DNA of 64,000 nt from Chrysomallon squamiferum (taxonomy: Eukaryota; Animalia; Mollusca). The notes beneath the pieces are model-generated. The model made no database searches. It was not told the origin of the DNA and worked only from the letters and a program-made list of their open reading frames with translations. Below, piece after piece: positions 1 through 14,544 of the stretch. The DNA is taken from contig CM022677.1 of assembly GCA_012295275.1 (NCBI GenBank), positions 17,236,001 to 17,300,000 on the forward strand. The letters are read 5' to 3'. The translations under genes and the position numbers were made by a program. Positions within the stretch are counted from its first letter, which is position 1. Each line of letters opens with the position of its first letter.

Positions 1-401
1 AACGCTATAACTACAGACATCGTTTTTTCAAATATCCGTTTTGTATATATTGTTATTATCATAAAGCAGACGTAGTAGTAGTAGTAGTAGCAGAGGTAGT
101 AGTAGTAGTAATAGTAGTAGTAGTAGTTATAGCAGTATAGATGATTATCTAGTAGTAGTTGTTTACCAGCAGTAATAATAAACAGCAGAAGTTATAATTG
201 CTCTAGTAGTAGTTGTTTTACTGTAAATAGTAATAATAGTAGTAGTCATAGATAATAATAACAGTTGCAGTAGTAGTAGTAGTAGTAGTAGTAGTTGTTG
301 TTGTTGTTGTGGTTGTTGTAATAGTAGGTTCGTTGTTGAAAATTAAATAGTGCTGTCGGGAAATCTATTTCTGTGAATGTATTTGTTTGAGTCTGTCTGC
401 C

Positions 402-692
<291 letters not shown>

Positions 693-963
693 AACACACA
701 AACAAACACACAAACACGATGCTATGCTGCTGATATTTAGAACCTTTGACATTCAGCAACACATCCTGAGGGCAGAATCGTTTTAAAAAGTCTGATTTAA
801 CCACAGACAGACAGTCAGACAGACAGACGAACAAACACGTTCCTATTTAGAACTGAAACTGACGCAGGTGTTATTCAAACTGCCCCAAGCCAAGTCGACG
901 CTTATTAAAACGAGTGGCAATGAAAGATCAAAGAACTTAGCCACCTTAGCTGCAAGAAATAGA

Positions 964-1023
<60 letters not shown>

Positions 1024-1211
1024 GTTCAGATAACAGTTCACTAGATGTCTGATTGTGTGAGTGTATCTTTGGATGATGGACTGATGTGAGTCTATTGGTA
1101 TATGTGGTAAATATTATATCGATTTCAGTGAGGTTTTTTGGTGTGAGTATGTTTATATGTGTGTTTCTGTGCGTTTCTGACTGCATAGATATTAGGCAGA
1201 TATTAGGTTGT

Positions 1212-2097
<886 letters not shown>

Positions 2098-3579
2098 GAA
2101 GACAAGAAATTGTTTCAGTTGGTGTGCGAGCTTGGTGCCGGTTTCGTGAATGCGAATTTTCATCCGCCTTTCTTTATTTCATTTACTTATTTATTTATTT
2201 ATTTATTTATTTATTCATTCATTCATTCATTCATTTATTCCAATACCCTTTTCTGCGGACGCACACTGTAAATAAACATTAACCTGGAAACTGAACGCAT
2301 TCGCTAATTAAAAAAAAAAAAACACACGACGCTCGCTTCAAGTGCTAATTCGTAAATTGCGTGAACGCATTCGCTGTGTTCTCAGAACTCCAGTGTTAAT
2401 ACTATTACACTGGCCTGACCTGCTGCTCAGTACAAGCAATTTGTTTCGTGGTTTTTTTATTTATATTTATTTAAATTTTAATTCTTTAAAACCTTCTGGA
2501 TACAGAGGCAAGCCAGTTTAAGCTAGTCTAGGTGAAAGCTTTTCTTGTATTTCCAGATGAAACATTTTTGGTTTTATCTTGATTAGTTTAATTTAAAGAT
2601 TCGGTTGAAAGGGTTTTTTTTTGCGAAGTATAGCAAAGCTTGTGTGTATGATTCCAGTTCTGAAGAGACAGTGACGGGTTCAGATCTGGACTAGAAGAAA
2701 GAAATAAACGTGGTTCAGATAATTATAGATATTCATAAGATTGGAACAGAAACAGAGCACCACAGTGAAAACAGACAAAATATGTGGGGAAATAAAGCAT
2801 TTGCATACAAAGGGTATATATGTAGATCGATATTTATTTAATCATGTATGTATGTACATATGTGTATATGTATGTATTTTTGTATGTACCTACGGTATGT
2901 ACGTATGTATGTATGTATGTATGTATGTATGTATGTACGTACGTACATATGTATTAATGTGTGTATGTACGTATGTAGATAGACAGACAGACAGATAGAC
3001 AGACAGACAGATAGATAGATAGACAGACAAGTTTAGATTATTGATATAAAACTTGCAGTTTAGAATGAGTTATTTCAACGTAGCATTATTTCATTGTTCA
3101 TTTCGTGCACAAATAGTTAAATTACAAACAGACAACATGTAGACCACGTGGCGAAGGAGATGGATTATATTTAGACGTACAAACTAACTCACAAATGACC
3201 AGTCGAGTTTCTTATCTACAAAAACTTGATGATAAACTACATGTTTTATTACTAGACTAACCAAAGGGTCGTTACACTTACGAGCGTAACAACTTTACCA
3301 GACAAAACTGATACAAGCTGGACACATCTAGATGACTATTTAAAAAATGATTACCATAGAAAATCCTTACTAAAAGAACAATTCCAAACGTAAAATATTC
3401 TTACCGTTTAGTTATACTTTAAAATGACATAATCTAGAAAAGTAATTTTATAAGAAGTTGTCGATACCTTGAAGTATGAGATTAATGGAAACAGAATTCC
3501 TTATATCAAAATAGCCAGATTAAAAAGAATATTTTCGTATCAGACCAGTTAAATGGATAGTGTAATTAAGAGAGAGCTG

Positions 3580-4090
3580 ACTGGAACAGGAAAAAATATA
3601 TAATACACTTTCAAGAACAGATATGTAGGAACAACGTGACGAAGAATATTTTGTAAAATATAATTCTATTTCAGAAAGAAGGCCGTACCTACAAGAACAA
3701 GGTAAGATTATTTGTAAAATTTATATTCTTTATAAAGAAGACGCACATGCAAGAATGAGGTGAGTTAGAATAATTTTTAAAAACTATAACTGTCTTTCAT
3801 ATCGAACAAGGTGATTAAGCCTGCAAGAATAATTTTAAAAAATATATTTTTTCAGAAAGAAGACATACATGCAAGAATAAGGTAACATTATAACACTCAT
3901 TCTGAAAGTTAGAATACCTACAAGAACAAAGTCACTTAGCTGAAAAGACAAGTTGTAAAATATAATATTCCTTGAGGAGAAAGACGTGCATGCAAGAACA
4001 AGGTGACAAGCCAGCAAGAATAATTGTAAAAAAAAAAAAATGACAGTGTTTCAGAAAAAGAAGGCGGACATGTAAGAATGAGGTGACGCT
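3580..4090. repeat. Old, degenerate ~60-bp tandem repeat
   Basis: Recurrent AAAGAAGRC...CATGCAAGAAYRAGGTRA and TTGTAAAATATAA blocks. Confidence 0.65.
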
Positions 4091-4245
4091 AAGCAGACAG
4101 ACTAAATGTCGTACCAGCAGGAACGAGGTGGAACGTTACATCATACGTCTCTTCTTCCTGGTTGCGATAAAGAAATCTGCGAATTAATATTTCACTCATG
4201 CACAATGGCTTTAAGATCAATACACAACAACACGAAGAGAGAGAG

Positions 4246-4344
<99 letters not shown>

Positions 4345-4982
4345 CTAATTAACAACAATCGAACTGAGAGAGAGCAGAGAGAGAGAGACAGGAGATCGCG
4401 GAAAAGATGACAATCGCGATCGGCTGGCGGAAAAGGAAATCGGCTGGCGGAAAAACCGAGATAACACGACTAATGCGAAACGGGGGAAACATTTCTCGTG
4501 ACGGTTTTCTGTATGACAGCTGCTGTCTTCTGTTGTAATTCCCTCCTCTCGAGTAGATTCAATTTAGCGAAGCGTCTGCGCACCGGAGGAAGACAGAAGT
4601 GACTAATCACAGGACTTCTGTGCTCTGTCTCGACGTCAAGACTTAAAACAGCTACAGCGAGAATATGAATAATTACAGAGTGTGTGTGTGGGTCCGTGTG
4701 TGTGCGCGCGTATATAGTGTGTGTTTCCGTGTGTGTGTGTGTGCGTATGTATGTTTTGTGCGTAATACGGGTACGTGCGGGTATATTTTTATATATGTGT
4801 GTCTTGCGTATTGTGATACGAATAAATAGATTGGGTTATCGTTTTTTTTTTTTTGTAGTTTTAAACTTTCTTTTTTTGTCTTTTTCTAACATTTGAACTT
4901 TTATTCGTATTTATAAACTCTAAAACTAAATACATATATATATATAACTTTAAATGTCATTAAAACTAATTTAATATATATA

Positions 4983-5027
<45 letters not shown>

Positions 5028-5639
5028 AAAGCATTTTTACTCGTGTAATTTTAAACTAATTATATCCCTCATAATACCACTGATGATTCAACATAAATCT
5101 GTACGTAATCCAGATTCTAGTTCTCATTTCTCTGAGGCCAGACATTTCTGATTCTCTTCTATTCATATCACTATTTATAATACCCGTAGCCATTTCTTGC
5201 AAACATTCTCTTTCAGGCCCTAACAGAGAATTGACCTCGCGAGCTGTCATTCTTCAACCAAAACGTTTTCCACACCATTTGGCTGACGGTCTACGTTCTA
5301 TTGATTGGATCGTAGCTAAGACGTAAGTACTGAAGGCTATTTTTCTCGGAACACGTGTTCAGTATTTACTCACTGTATCTGTGGTCGCGTGGCTTCGTTT
5401 TAAAAAAGACAAATTTACGCTGTCGTAAGTTAATTGTTCGAGGTGAATGGCGTGCTAAGTCAATTTACCAGTTTTCAGATCCAAGTCCAAAACAAACTTT
5501 AGAAATGTACACAAATTTGCCAGCCTGACTTACATACTTATACTTTACACCAGCAGATGTGCAGACTTACCTAGTTTACAAAGTGCCTTCATTATACAGA
5601 TACATATATGCATTTAAAAAGGACAAACTACGCGTGCAC

Positions 5640-5965
5640 AGACACACACACACACACACACATACATACATACATACATACATACACATATACACACATA
5701 TATATATATAGATATAAATAGATACATACATACATACATGTACATAAATACATATATACATACATACATATATACATACATATACAAACATATATGCATA
5801 CATACATACATACATACACACATACATACATACATACATACATACATACATACATACATACATACATACATACATACATACATACATACATACATACATA
5901 CATACATACATACATACATACATACATACATACATACATACATACATACATACATACATGCATAC
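5640..5965. repeat. (AC)n/(ATAC)n microsatellite
   Basis: Direct reading. Confidence 0.95.
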
Positions 5966-7022
5966 GTACGTACGTAAATCAGTGGAATTAATACATAGTC
6001 GGCCCTCGCTTTTCGTCTTGGTATCAAAATTAAATGCACAGACGCACAAACATATAAACAGCAGTGCTTTCATACGTTCATATGCACATTCATACACTGA
6101 CTCACAAGAGACGTATCACACACAGACACGCACACACACACACACACACACACCACACACACACATAGAGAGACTCAACAGCTAGGCAGCTACTAAATTA
6201 CCCAGTTCAATACATTAATTTTTCTCTTTTTGTGTCCCGTGTTAACATTATCATTAGCGAAAATTGATTTGTAGTAAGGCAACCCCATGATTTCCATTTT
6301 CTTATTAATGTTGCCGCAGATGACATTTATAAACGTCACGATTTCACAATTTTCTTTCTTCGACGTTGGGGCAGATGTCAGCGAGAACAGATGGGAGCTG
6401 TTGTAGCTGATGTTGTTTTTTTTTGCCAAAAAAAACGAGAAGTCCTTCGTTACAAGAGCGAAAAAATCGAATTCTGCTTATTGTGTATTCAAATCAAAAG
6501 CAAAAATAAAATGAAAATTTCTGTTAAACCGACATAACAGAACGAAAAATAAACTGAGTGAATCAGATAGCTTGTCTAATGTAAATTCTAAGAGACACAT
6601 ATGAATAAACTTGACAGCGGTTAGGTTCTTGTCTGGGTTTGTAAGAGAAAGCAAAGATTTAAAAAGAAATAAAAAGAAAAAAGAAAACACAAAAAAAAAA
6701 GATAAGAAAAGAAACGTCAAAATGAAACAAATCTAGCCTGTATTGTGCTGAGCTGCTACTAAAAGTGTGAAAAGAGAAAGAGAAAAAAAAAAGACCTTTT
6801 GTTATTGAAAATATTGAAGTTATTAGAAGTGTTTCTTCTGGAAAAAAAAAGAAAAAAAAAGAATTATGCTCTAATGTCTGGTATGGATTTTGTTATCAAA
6901 GAAGAAAGACAGCCAGCGACTGCTTGAAAACAAAAAAAATAAAATAAAATCTGTTTTTTTCATATGTTTTTACGTTGATGTCGTTAAGTTTAGTGTTTGA
7001 GAAGTCTGTCTCGCTTTGATAG

Positions 7023-7321
<299 letters not shown>

Positions 7322-7952
7322 CCTCCCTCCCTCATTACATCCTACATCCGTTTCAATATCCTTCTGTTTTATTACTAACGTATACCTAAATACAAATAAC
7401 TTAATTAATTTAATTCTCATTACTAAAACAAATAATAATCATAATTACGACAGATTTTATTACAACTTATGACACACTATTCATATTATTTTTCTACATC
7501 ATAAACTACTGAAAAGAAAAGAGAAAACTTTTTATTTACTATCCCTGTCCGTTTTTCATTATAAAACTTTCAGCAAAAGAGTTAACTATTTTCTTAGAGC
7601 TTGGACAATCCACTTTACTATTTGCCATGCAATAAAGTTAATATCCACACTCACTATATGATATTGATTTTTTTCTTGGTCCGTGGCTTGGCGCGGTGCA
7701 CTTTGATTTTATACGTTTGTTTGTGGTCTGTTACGTTATTTGATGTCAAATATCGGGGCTGCTTGATGTAGAGGTCGATGGATGCTTGTACTAATTTGAG
7801 ATAATGAAACAAATATTTTCCAGAGATGATTTGACAATTTTCTGTATTCGTTTCTTCTCGTATTGATTTCATTTTTTTTTTTTTTTTTTTGGTTTTACAG
7901 TGATGATGATGATGATGATGATATTGACTATGACTATTATTATTATTATTAC

Positions 7953-8017
<65 letters not shown>

Positions 8018-8498
8018 ATTATTATTAAAGTTATTTTTATTATTAACTCTTTTTTATTTGACGACCATGTTATTCTCTTTGCATGTATTTGAGTCTGTGT
8101 TTATAATTCGAAAAAAACAACACCAGTAAAATCAAAAATATTTAACATTTTTTTATTCAGTATTTGAGACGAATTAATTAACTTACGTAAAATCCAGCAT
8201 TTGTTTCTTTTACTAAATAAAAAAGTGGAATCTAAAACTTTCATATAGTACATATATAAATGCCTATAAATGTAACGTAATGCTAAATTTCATTACAAAT
8301 ACAATTTAACAAAAGACACCCAGCAACAAAGAGATATTACTAAGCTTGATTATCACATAAAAAACTAGTCCAGTAATTCGTATCAACACAAGTCTCCTTT
8401 TTTCTAATAACATTTCGCCCACTCAGTTATTTCTGAAGAAACAAATTAGTATATAAAAAAAATAAATGGATATACTTAGATACTTATAAACTAATTTA

Positions 8499-8534
<36 letters not shown>

Positions 8535-8800
8535 TGTATGTATGTACACACACACACACACACACACATATTAGACAGATACACCCACAACCACACAGAT
8601 AGATAGATAGGTAGGTAGATAGAAAGATAGATAAATAGGCGAAGAGAGAGACAGACAGACAGACACATAGATGGATGGATGGATGGATGGATGGATGGAT
8701 TGAAATGTAAAACATGGAGATATGCTACGCAGTGCATAATCATGGGTAGGTACATAGACAGACAGAAAGAGACAGACAGAGGGAGAAAAAGGAGAGAGAC

Positions 8801-8895
<95 letters not shown>

Positions 8896-9268
8896 ACGAA
8901 GGAGTTAGAGAGAGAGAGTTATAATTACCGTGTTTTTCATTGTATCCTCCTGAAGCATCGCATATCAAAAAAAGAAAGAAAGAAAAAAGAAAAAAGAAAA
9001 GAAAGAAAAAAGAAAAAAGAAAAGAAAATAAAAATAAAAAAAACATTTAATGTTAATAGAAATAATTAGCATAATTCTCTTTCTTGCTTTAACTGCTTTA
9101 GGATTTAATTAAAAACGCTGAGTTTTCAGCGTGTCACTGTTTTTTAGTTTTAGTTAATTAGGATCAAATTAGTGTGTTTGTCAGTGACGTCCTGTGAGCC
9201 AGATGTCGCATGACTTGTCACGTTGCCTGAAGATTTGCATTTCTTGGCATATTATATTAACCTTATTA

Positions 9269-9325
<57 letters not shown>

Positions 9326-9333
9326 TGGACCAG

Positions 9334-9381
<48 letters not shown>

Positions 9382-10149
9382 CGTACATATATACAAACAT
9401 ACATATATTCGGACAGAGGACAGAGACAAACAGACATACGGACTTTCAGACATTCACACATTCATCTACACACACACACGAACAGAAATACATAAACAAA
9501 ACAGCAACAACAAAAAACCCAAACATAGAGCCTAAACACAAACACCCTGACACACGCACACACGCACACACGCACACACGCACGCACGCCCTCAGATGAA
9601 ACCTCTGTCTCTTGCTGGTACCTCACAGTACGCTCGGATCAGAGTTGTTTTGTTATTGAATGACAGCGAGAGCTCGGGGCAGCGTCAAAATTCGAGCTAA
9701 TTGCTCAGAGAAAAGACAAAGGAAACAAATTATTTTACACCAGATGAGTGATTACAGCTCACCGGTTTGATACGGTGATCTATTTACAACGCCACACATT
9801 CTAGTGCAGCTAAAAAAAAATAAAAAAAATTGCCCGTTTCAAGGTCTCTGCTAATTGGGTTGTTTTTGAAAAATGACCTTTCTGTAGGTCATTGTGGTGT
9901 CGTTTGTTTTATATTTGTTGTGTTCTTTCCCTTTTTTTTTTTTTTTTTTTTTTTTATATATATATATATATTTTATGGTTTAGCGTCTTTATAATTACAG
10001 ATTTCCAGATTCAAATTCAGTGTGATATATTTGAATCTGCGACTGTAATAAATCAAACATATGATATTAAAGTTTGGAGTTTGAAAGAAAAACAAAAAAC
10101 GAGTAGGGTTAACGTATGTCTAAAGTCGTGATGTTGCAGAAGATAAAAT

Positions 10150-10440
10150 TAATATGGTATATAATGTAATATAGTATAATACAACATAATATAGTATAAC
10201 ATAATATAACATAACATAACATAACATAATATAATACAACATAATATAACATAATATAATATAACATAACATAACATAATATAATATAACATAACATAAT
10301 ACAACATAATATAATATAATATAACAAAATAATATAATATAATAGAGTAAAATACAATATAATATAATAGAGTACAATACAATATAATATAAAATGATAT
10401 AATACAATACAGTATAATATAACATCATATAATATAGAGT
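10150..10440. repeat. Pentanucleotide (ATAAT/ATAAC)n repeat
   Basis: Direct reading; a similar array lies at ~12480-12720. Confidence 0.9.
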
Positions 10441-10679
10441 ATGGTTACTTAGCTTTCACTAAATATTTACTTAAAAAAGCGTGATTCTGACAATTTTAAT
10501 TATTTGATTAAAAAGAAGCCACTAACTCACACAGCTTGCAACCAAATAACTTATTTTTCATCATTACACTAACCATTTATGAAGTCGTGGTACCGTTTGG
10601 ATGGTAATAATATAGATAAGCGTTCTATCGTTTATTTCCAGTTCTAAAATAGATGGTAAGAGTAACGACAGCAGTATTA

Positions 10680-10985
10680 GTAATAGTCAGTCATAGCTAC
10701 AGCTGAAGTAGTAACTGTCAGTCATAGCTGCAGCTGAAGTAGTAACTGTCAGTCATAGCTGCAGCTGAAGTAGTAACTGTCAGTCATAGCTGCGGCTGAA
10801 GTAGTAACAGTAATAGCTGAAGTAGTAATAGTCAGTAATAGCTGCAGCGGAAGTAGTAAAAGTAATGGCTGCAGCTGAAGTTGTAATAGTCAGTCATAGC
10901 TGCAGCTGAAGTAGTAACTGTCAGTCATAGCTGCAGCTGAAGTAGTAATTGTCAGAAATAGCTGCAGCTAAGGTAGTAATAGTAG
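10680..10985. repeat. 31-bp minisatellite, about 9-10 copies (GTCAGTCATAGCTGCAGCTGAAGTAGTAACT)
   Basis: Unit starts at 10717 and 10748 give a period of 31; some units are truncated. Confidence 0.9.
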
Positions 10986-13087
10986 TAATCAAAGTAGTAC
11001 TAAAAGCAAGAATAAGACCACCACGGTGGTGGTAGAACTTGTAATATTAGTATTCTGCTGTAGAAGTAGTTAGTTATAGCAGTTAGTAGATGTGGCTGTT
11101 GTAGCAATAGCAATAGCAGTAATAATAATAATAATAATAATCTTAATAATCATAATAATTATAATAATAATCATAATAATAACACTAATGTAGTGTACAA
11201 ATTGTATAGTAGTAGTATATCAGTAGTTGTTGTTGCTGCTGTAACGGTCATAAGAAGCATCAGTAGTAATCATCGTCGTCGTAGTAGTAGTAGTAGTAGC
11301 AGTAGTTGTAGTGGCAAGTGACAAAAGCACTAGTACAAACAACAGCCATAGCCGCATTAATAATATTAGTTGTAGATTGTTGTTAACAGCAAAAACAGAA
11401 CTGAAAAAAATAATCGGAATATTTCGGAAAACACATTTTTCCTATCAACGTAATTAATGACGTCATAATTAGGGTCCAGACGCATGACGTCAAGTCGTTG
11501 ATAAGCTTAATCCTGAAGTAAGTGAGTAACGAGGTAAAAAACGGGGCACTAATCTGGTTTAGTAATTCGTTTTCACAAAAAAAAAAAAAAAAAAAGGAAG
11601 AAAAGATTACAGCTTTGACTGTATCGCCTTCGTAATCTCGACCAATTCCTCCATCCATCACTTAAATAAGCAGCATGAAAAACGCATCGCTCAACGGTTG
11701 ACAATAACAAGGCCAATAAACTGGCAAGCACGAACTTGCTTCATAACTCGCTAAGACTTAAAGTCCACTAATTTTCCATTACAATCGATTGCTGAACGAT
11801 CCGGTGGCCAAACAAACAAAAACCAGTCAATGTTGTTGGTTTTTTTTTGTGTAAGAGAGCTTAGAGGAATTGGGTGTCTGTGTCAAACTCATTAACACAC
11901 CAACGAGTTTGATCTATCAAAAGATTTACTGGAGGATTAACTTAAACTCCTGGTGACAAATCTGTATAATGTATAATAAGCTACAGCGACTACTGCATTC
12001 TACGACAGCATCAATTACTACCATGTTTTTACTACTACTTCTATTATCTGTTACTTATATTGCTGTTTTAACTGATAATTGCTGTTGTCGCTGTTATTTC
12101 TGCTACACCTACAACCACTTCTACTGCTACTACCACTGCTTCTGCTTCTACTGCTACTTTTACTACTACTGCTATTACTACTTCTACCAGTATTGATGCG
12201 TTACTAATACTTCTACCATTACCACTACCAGCTGCAATTACTGCTACTACTACTACTGCTGCTACAACAGCTGTCATTGCTGCTGCTACTATTACTACTA
12301 CTACTACTATTGCTACTACTGTTACTACTACTCCAACTCCTATTCTACCAGTTACAGTTACTACCTTTTTATTACTTTATCAAGTCAGATAAGATGTCTG
12401 TTCACCAGTTCTACTAGTAGATTTACAAGTGAATTTACGATATTTCAAAAGTGGCGTAACTAGGTTTCTTTAAGCACAAATAACAGTATAATATAATATA
12501 ATAAAATATAATATAGTATAATATAATATAAAATAAGCCAATACAAGCCAATACAATAAAATACAATACAATATAATTTAATATAATATAATACAAGCCA
12601 ATGCAATACAATACAATATAATATAATTTAATATAATATAATAGAATACAAGCCAATACAATACAATACAATACAATATAATCTAATCTAATACAGTAAT
12701 ATAATATATAATATATAATCATAAAAGTAAGTTTTAACTTAGACTTTATTAAATATTTCTTCTTGGGCTGCTAGTTCACGCAAAGACCTAACATCTTGTA
12801 AACGTGACTTCTGGAGGCTAAGACAAAGTGAATGAATAGTCCGCTCGTCTAGTCTGAGTCTTAGGTCACTATTACTTAATCAAATTCTCCATTCGCAATT
12901 CTGAAGTTAATACCCACTGGTGATACTAAAATACGTTTCTGCACCTGAGAACATCTTGTCTACGTCTTTATTTGTCTTGTTTTCCTTTTCTTTTTTTTCT
13001 TTTCTTCTCCCTTTTCTTTTATTTTATTTTTTTTTTATTTTTTTTATTTTTTTTTTTTTTTTTATTTTTGTTTGTTATTATTATATA

Positions 13088-13118
<31 letters not shown>

Positions 13119-13204
13119 TACTACTACTATTACTACTACTACTCCTACTACTGCTGCTGCTGCTGCTGCTACTACTACTACTACGACTGCTACAGCTACT
13201 ACTT

Positions 13205-13236
<32 letters not shown>

Positions 13237-13611
13237 ACTACTACTACTACGACTGCTACTACTACCACTACGACTACTACTACTACTACTACTACTACCA
13301 CTACTACTACTACTACTAAAACAACATTTTTTTTTTCATCCGCAGTTGTTTCATCATTAAATTTTATTTTGTTACCAAGAATTTTAATTAAACAATATTC
13401 TTCAACGCAAAGAAACAAAGTAAGGCAAAGAAACAAAATTAAAATACCTGAGCAAGGAATAACAACAATGATACGACGACAACAGCAGCAACACCAACAC
13501 CAACAACAGTAACAATAACAATAATAGTAGTGATAATAATGTAGAAAATAGAAACTAATAGACATTTTATTACAGATAACATAAAATGTTGACAACACAA
13601 TAGTAATAACA

Positions 13612-13653
<42 letters not shown>

Positions 13654-14544
13654 GTAATGATAATAATAATAATAGTAATGATAATAATAATAATAATATA
13701 GCTAATTAGGTGTCTGACAGGGAGATATGTAATTAGGTAATTAGATGACGTGGATAAGGACAGATAGTAGTTAGAAAGGAAGGTAAATAGGTAAAGTGGA
13801 CAGATACCTAAACAGAAAGACAGGTAGACATACAAGAAGATTTATACACACACACACACAAACGCATATATATGAAAATATGATGTATGTATGTATGTGT
13901 GTGTATGTGTGTATATATCTGCGTCTGTGTCTGTCTGTCTGTATTTTTTGTACTTACGTACAAGAAAAACAAGAAAAAAAACAACCCAATACGGCTAATT
14001 TAATTTCGCTTCCTGTTCCGTCCAGCGTAATCCACTAACATCATTAACCCAGACAAAACACACTTGCTACCTCATCACACACTTAAAAATCACCCCCTCA
14101 CCCACAACCGACCCCCCCCACACCGCCTCCCTTTTAGTCGCAAACCCGCAAAAACTAGATTAGTCGACCAACCAGGTGTTCTAATTAAAAACTACACAAT
14201 TCTTCACTGACTGGAGAGTTTTTAAATAAATAAAAAAAAAGGGCAACGCTTCCAGAATGCACTTGAGATTGGTCATCGTTTAAACTGGATGCTCGCTCCG
14301 GTAACCTGATTACTGCGAAATTAGCTGACAACGCTTTGCGTCACTTCAACACCATCGACTCTGACACCGGCGAGCGGAAATTGTCATTGCTTCGCCGAGA
14401 CGTCGCGATTGATCGAGACTTCCGACAGGAAGCGGTCACTAAACTAAAACAACTGGTACACGTTTCTGGTAACGCGACGAGAACTTGACGGTTCTGAGGA
14501 TATCGTCGTTTTACGTCGTAATGAACTTCAGATCGCCGTAACAG

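Noticed and set aside
14267-14488. Stop-free + strand frame (…LDARSGNLITAKLADNALRHFNTIDSDTGERKL…)
   Set aside because: No ATG, no good acceptor, no recognisable domain and no partner exons. More likely a GC-richer non-coding island.
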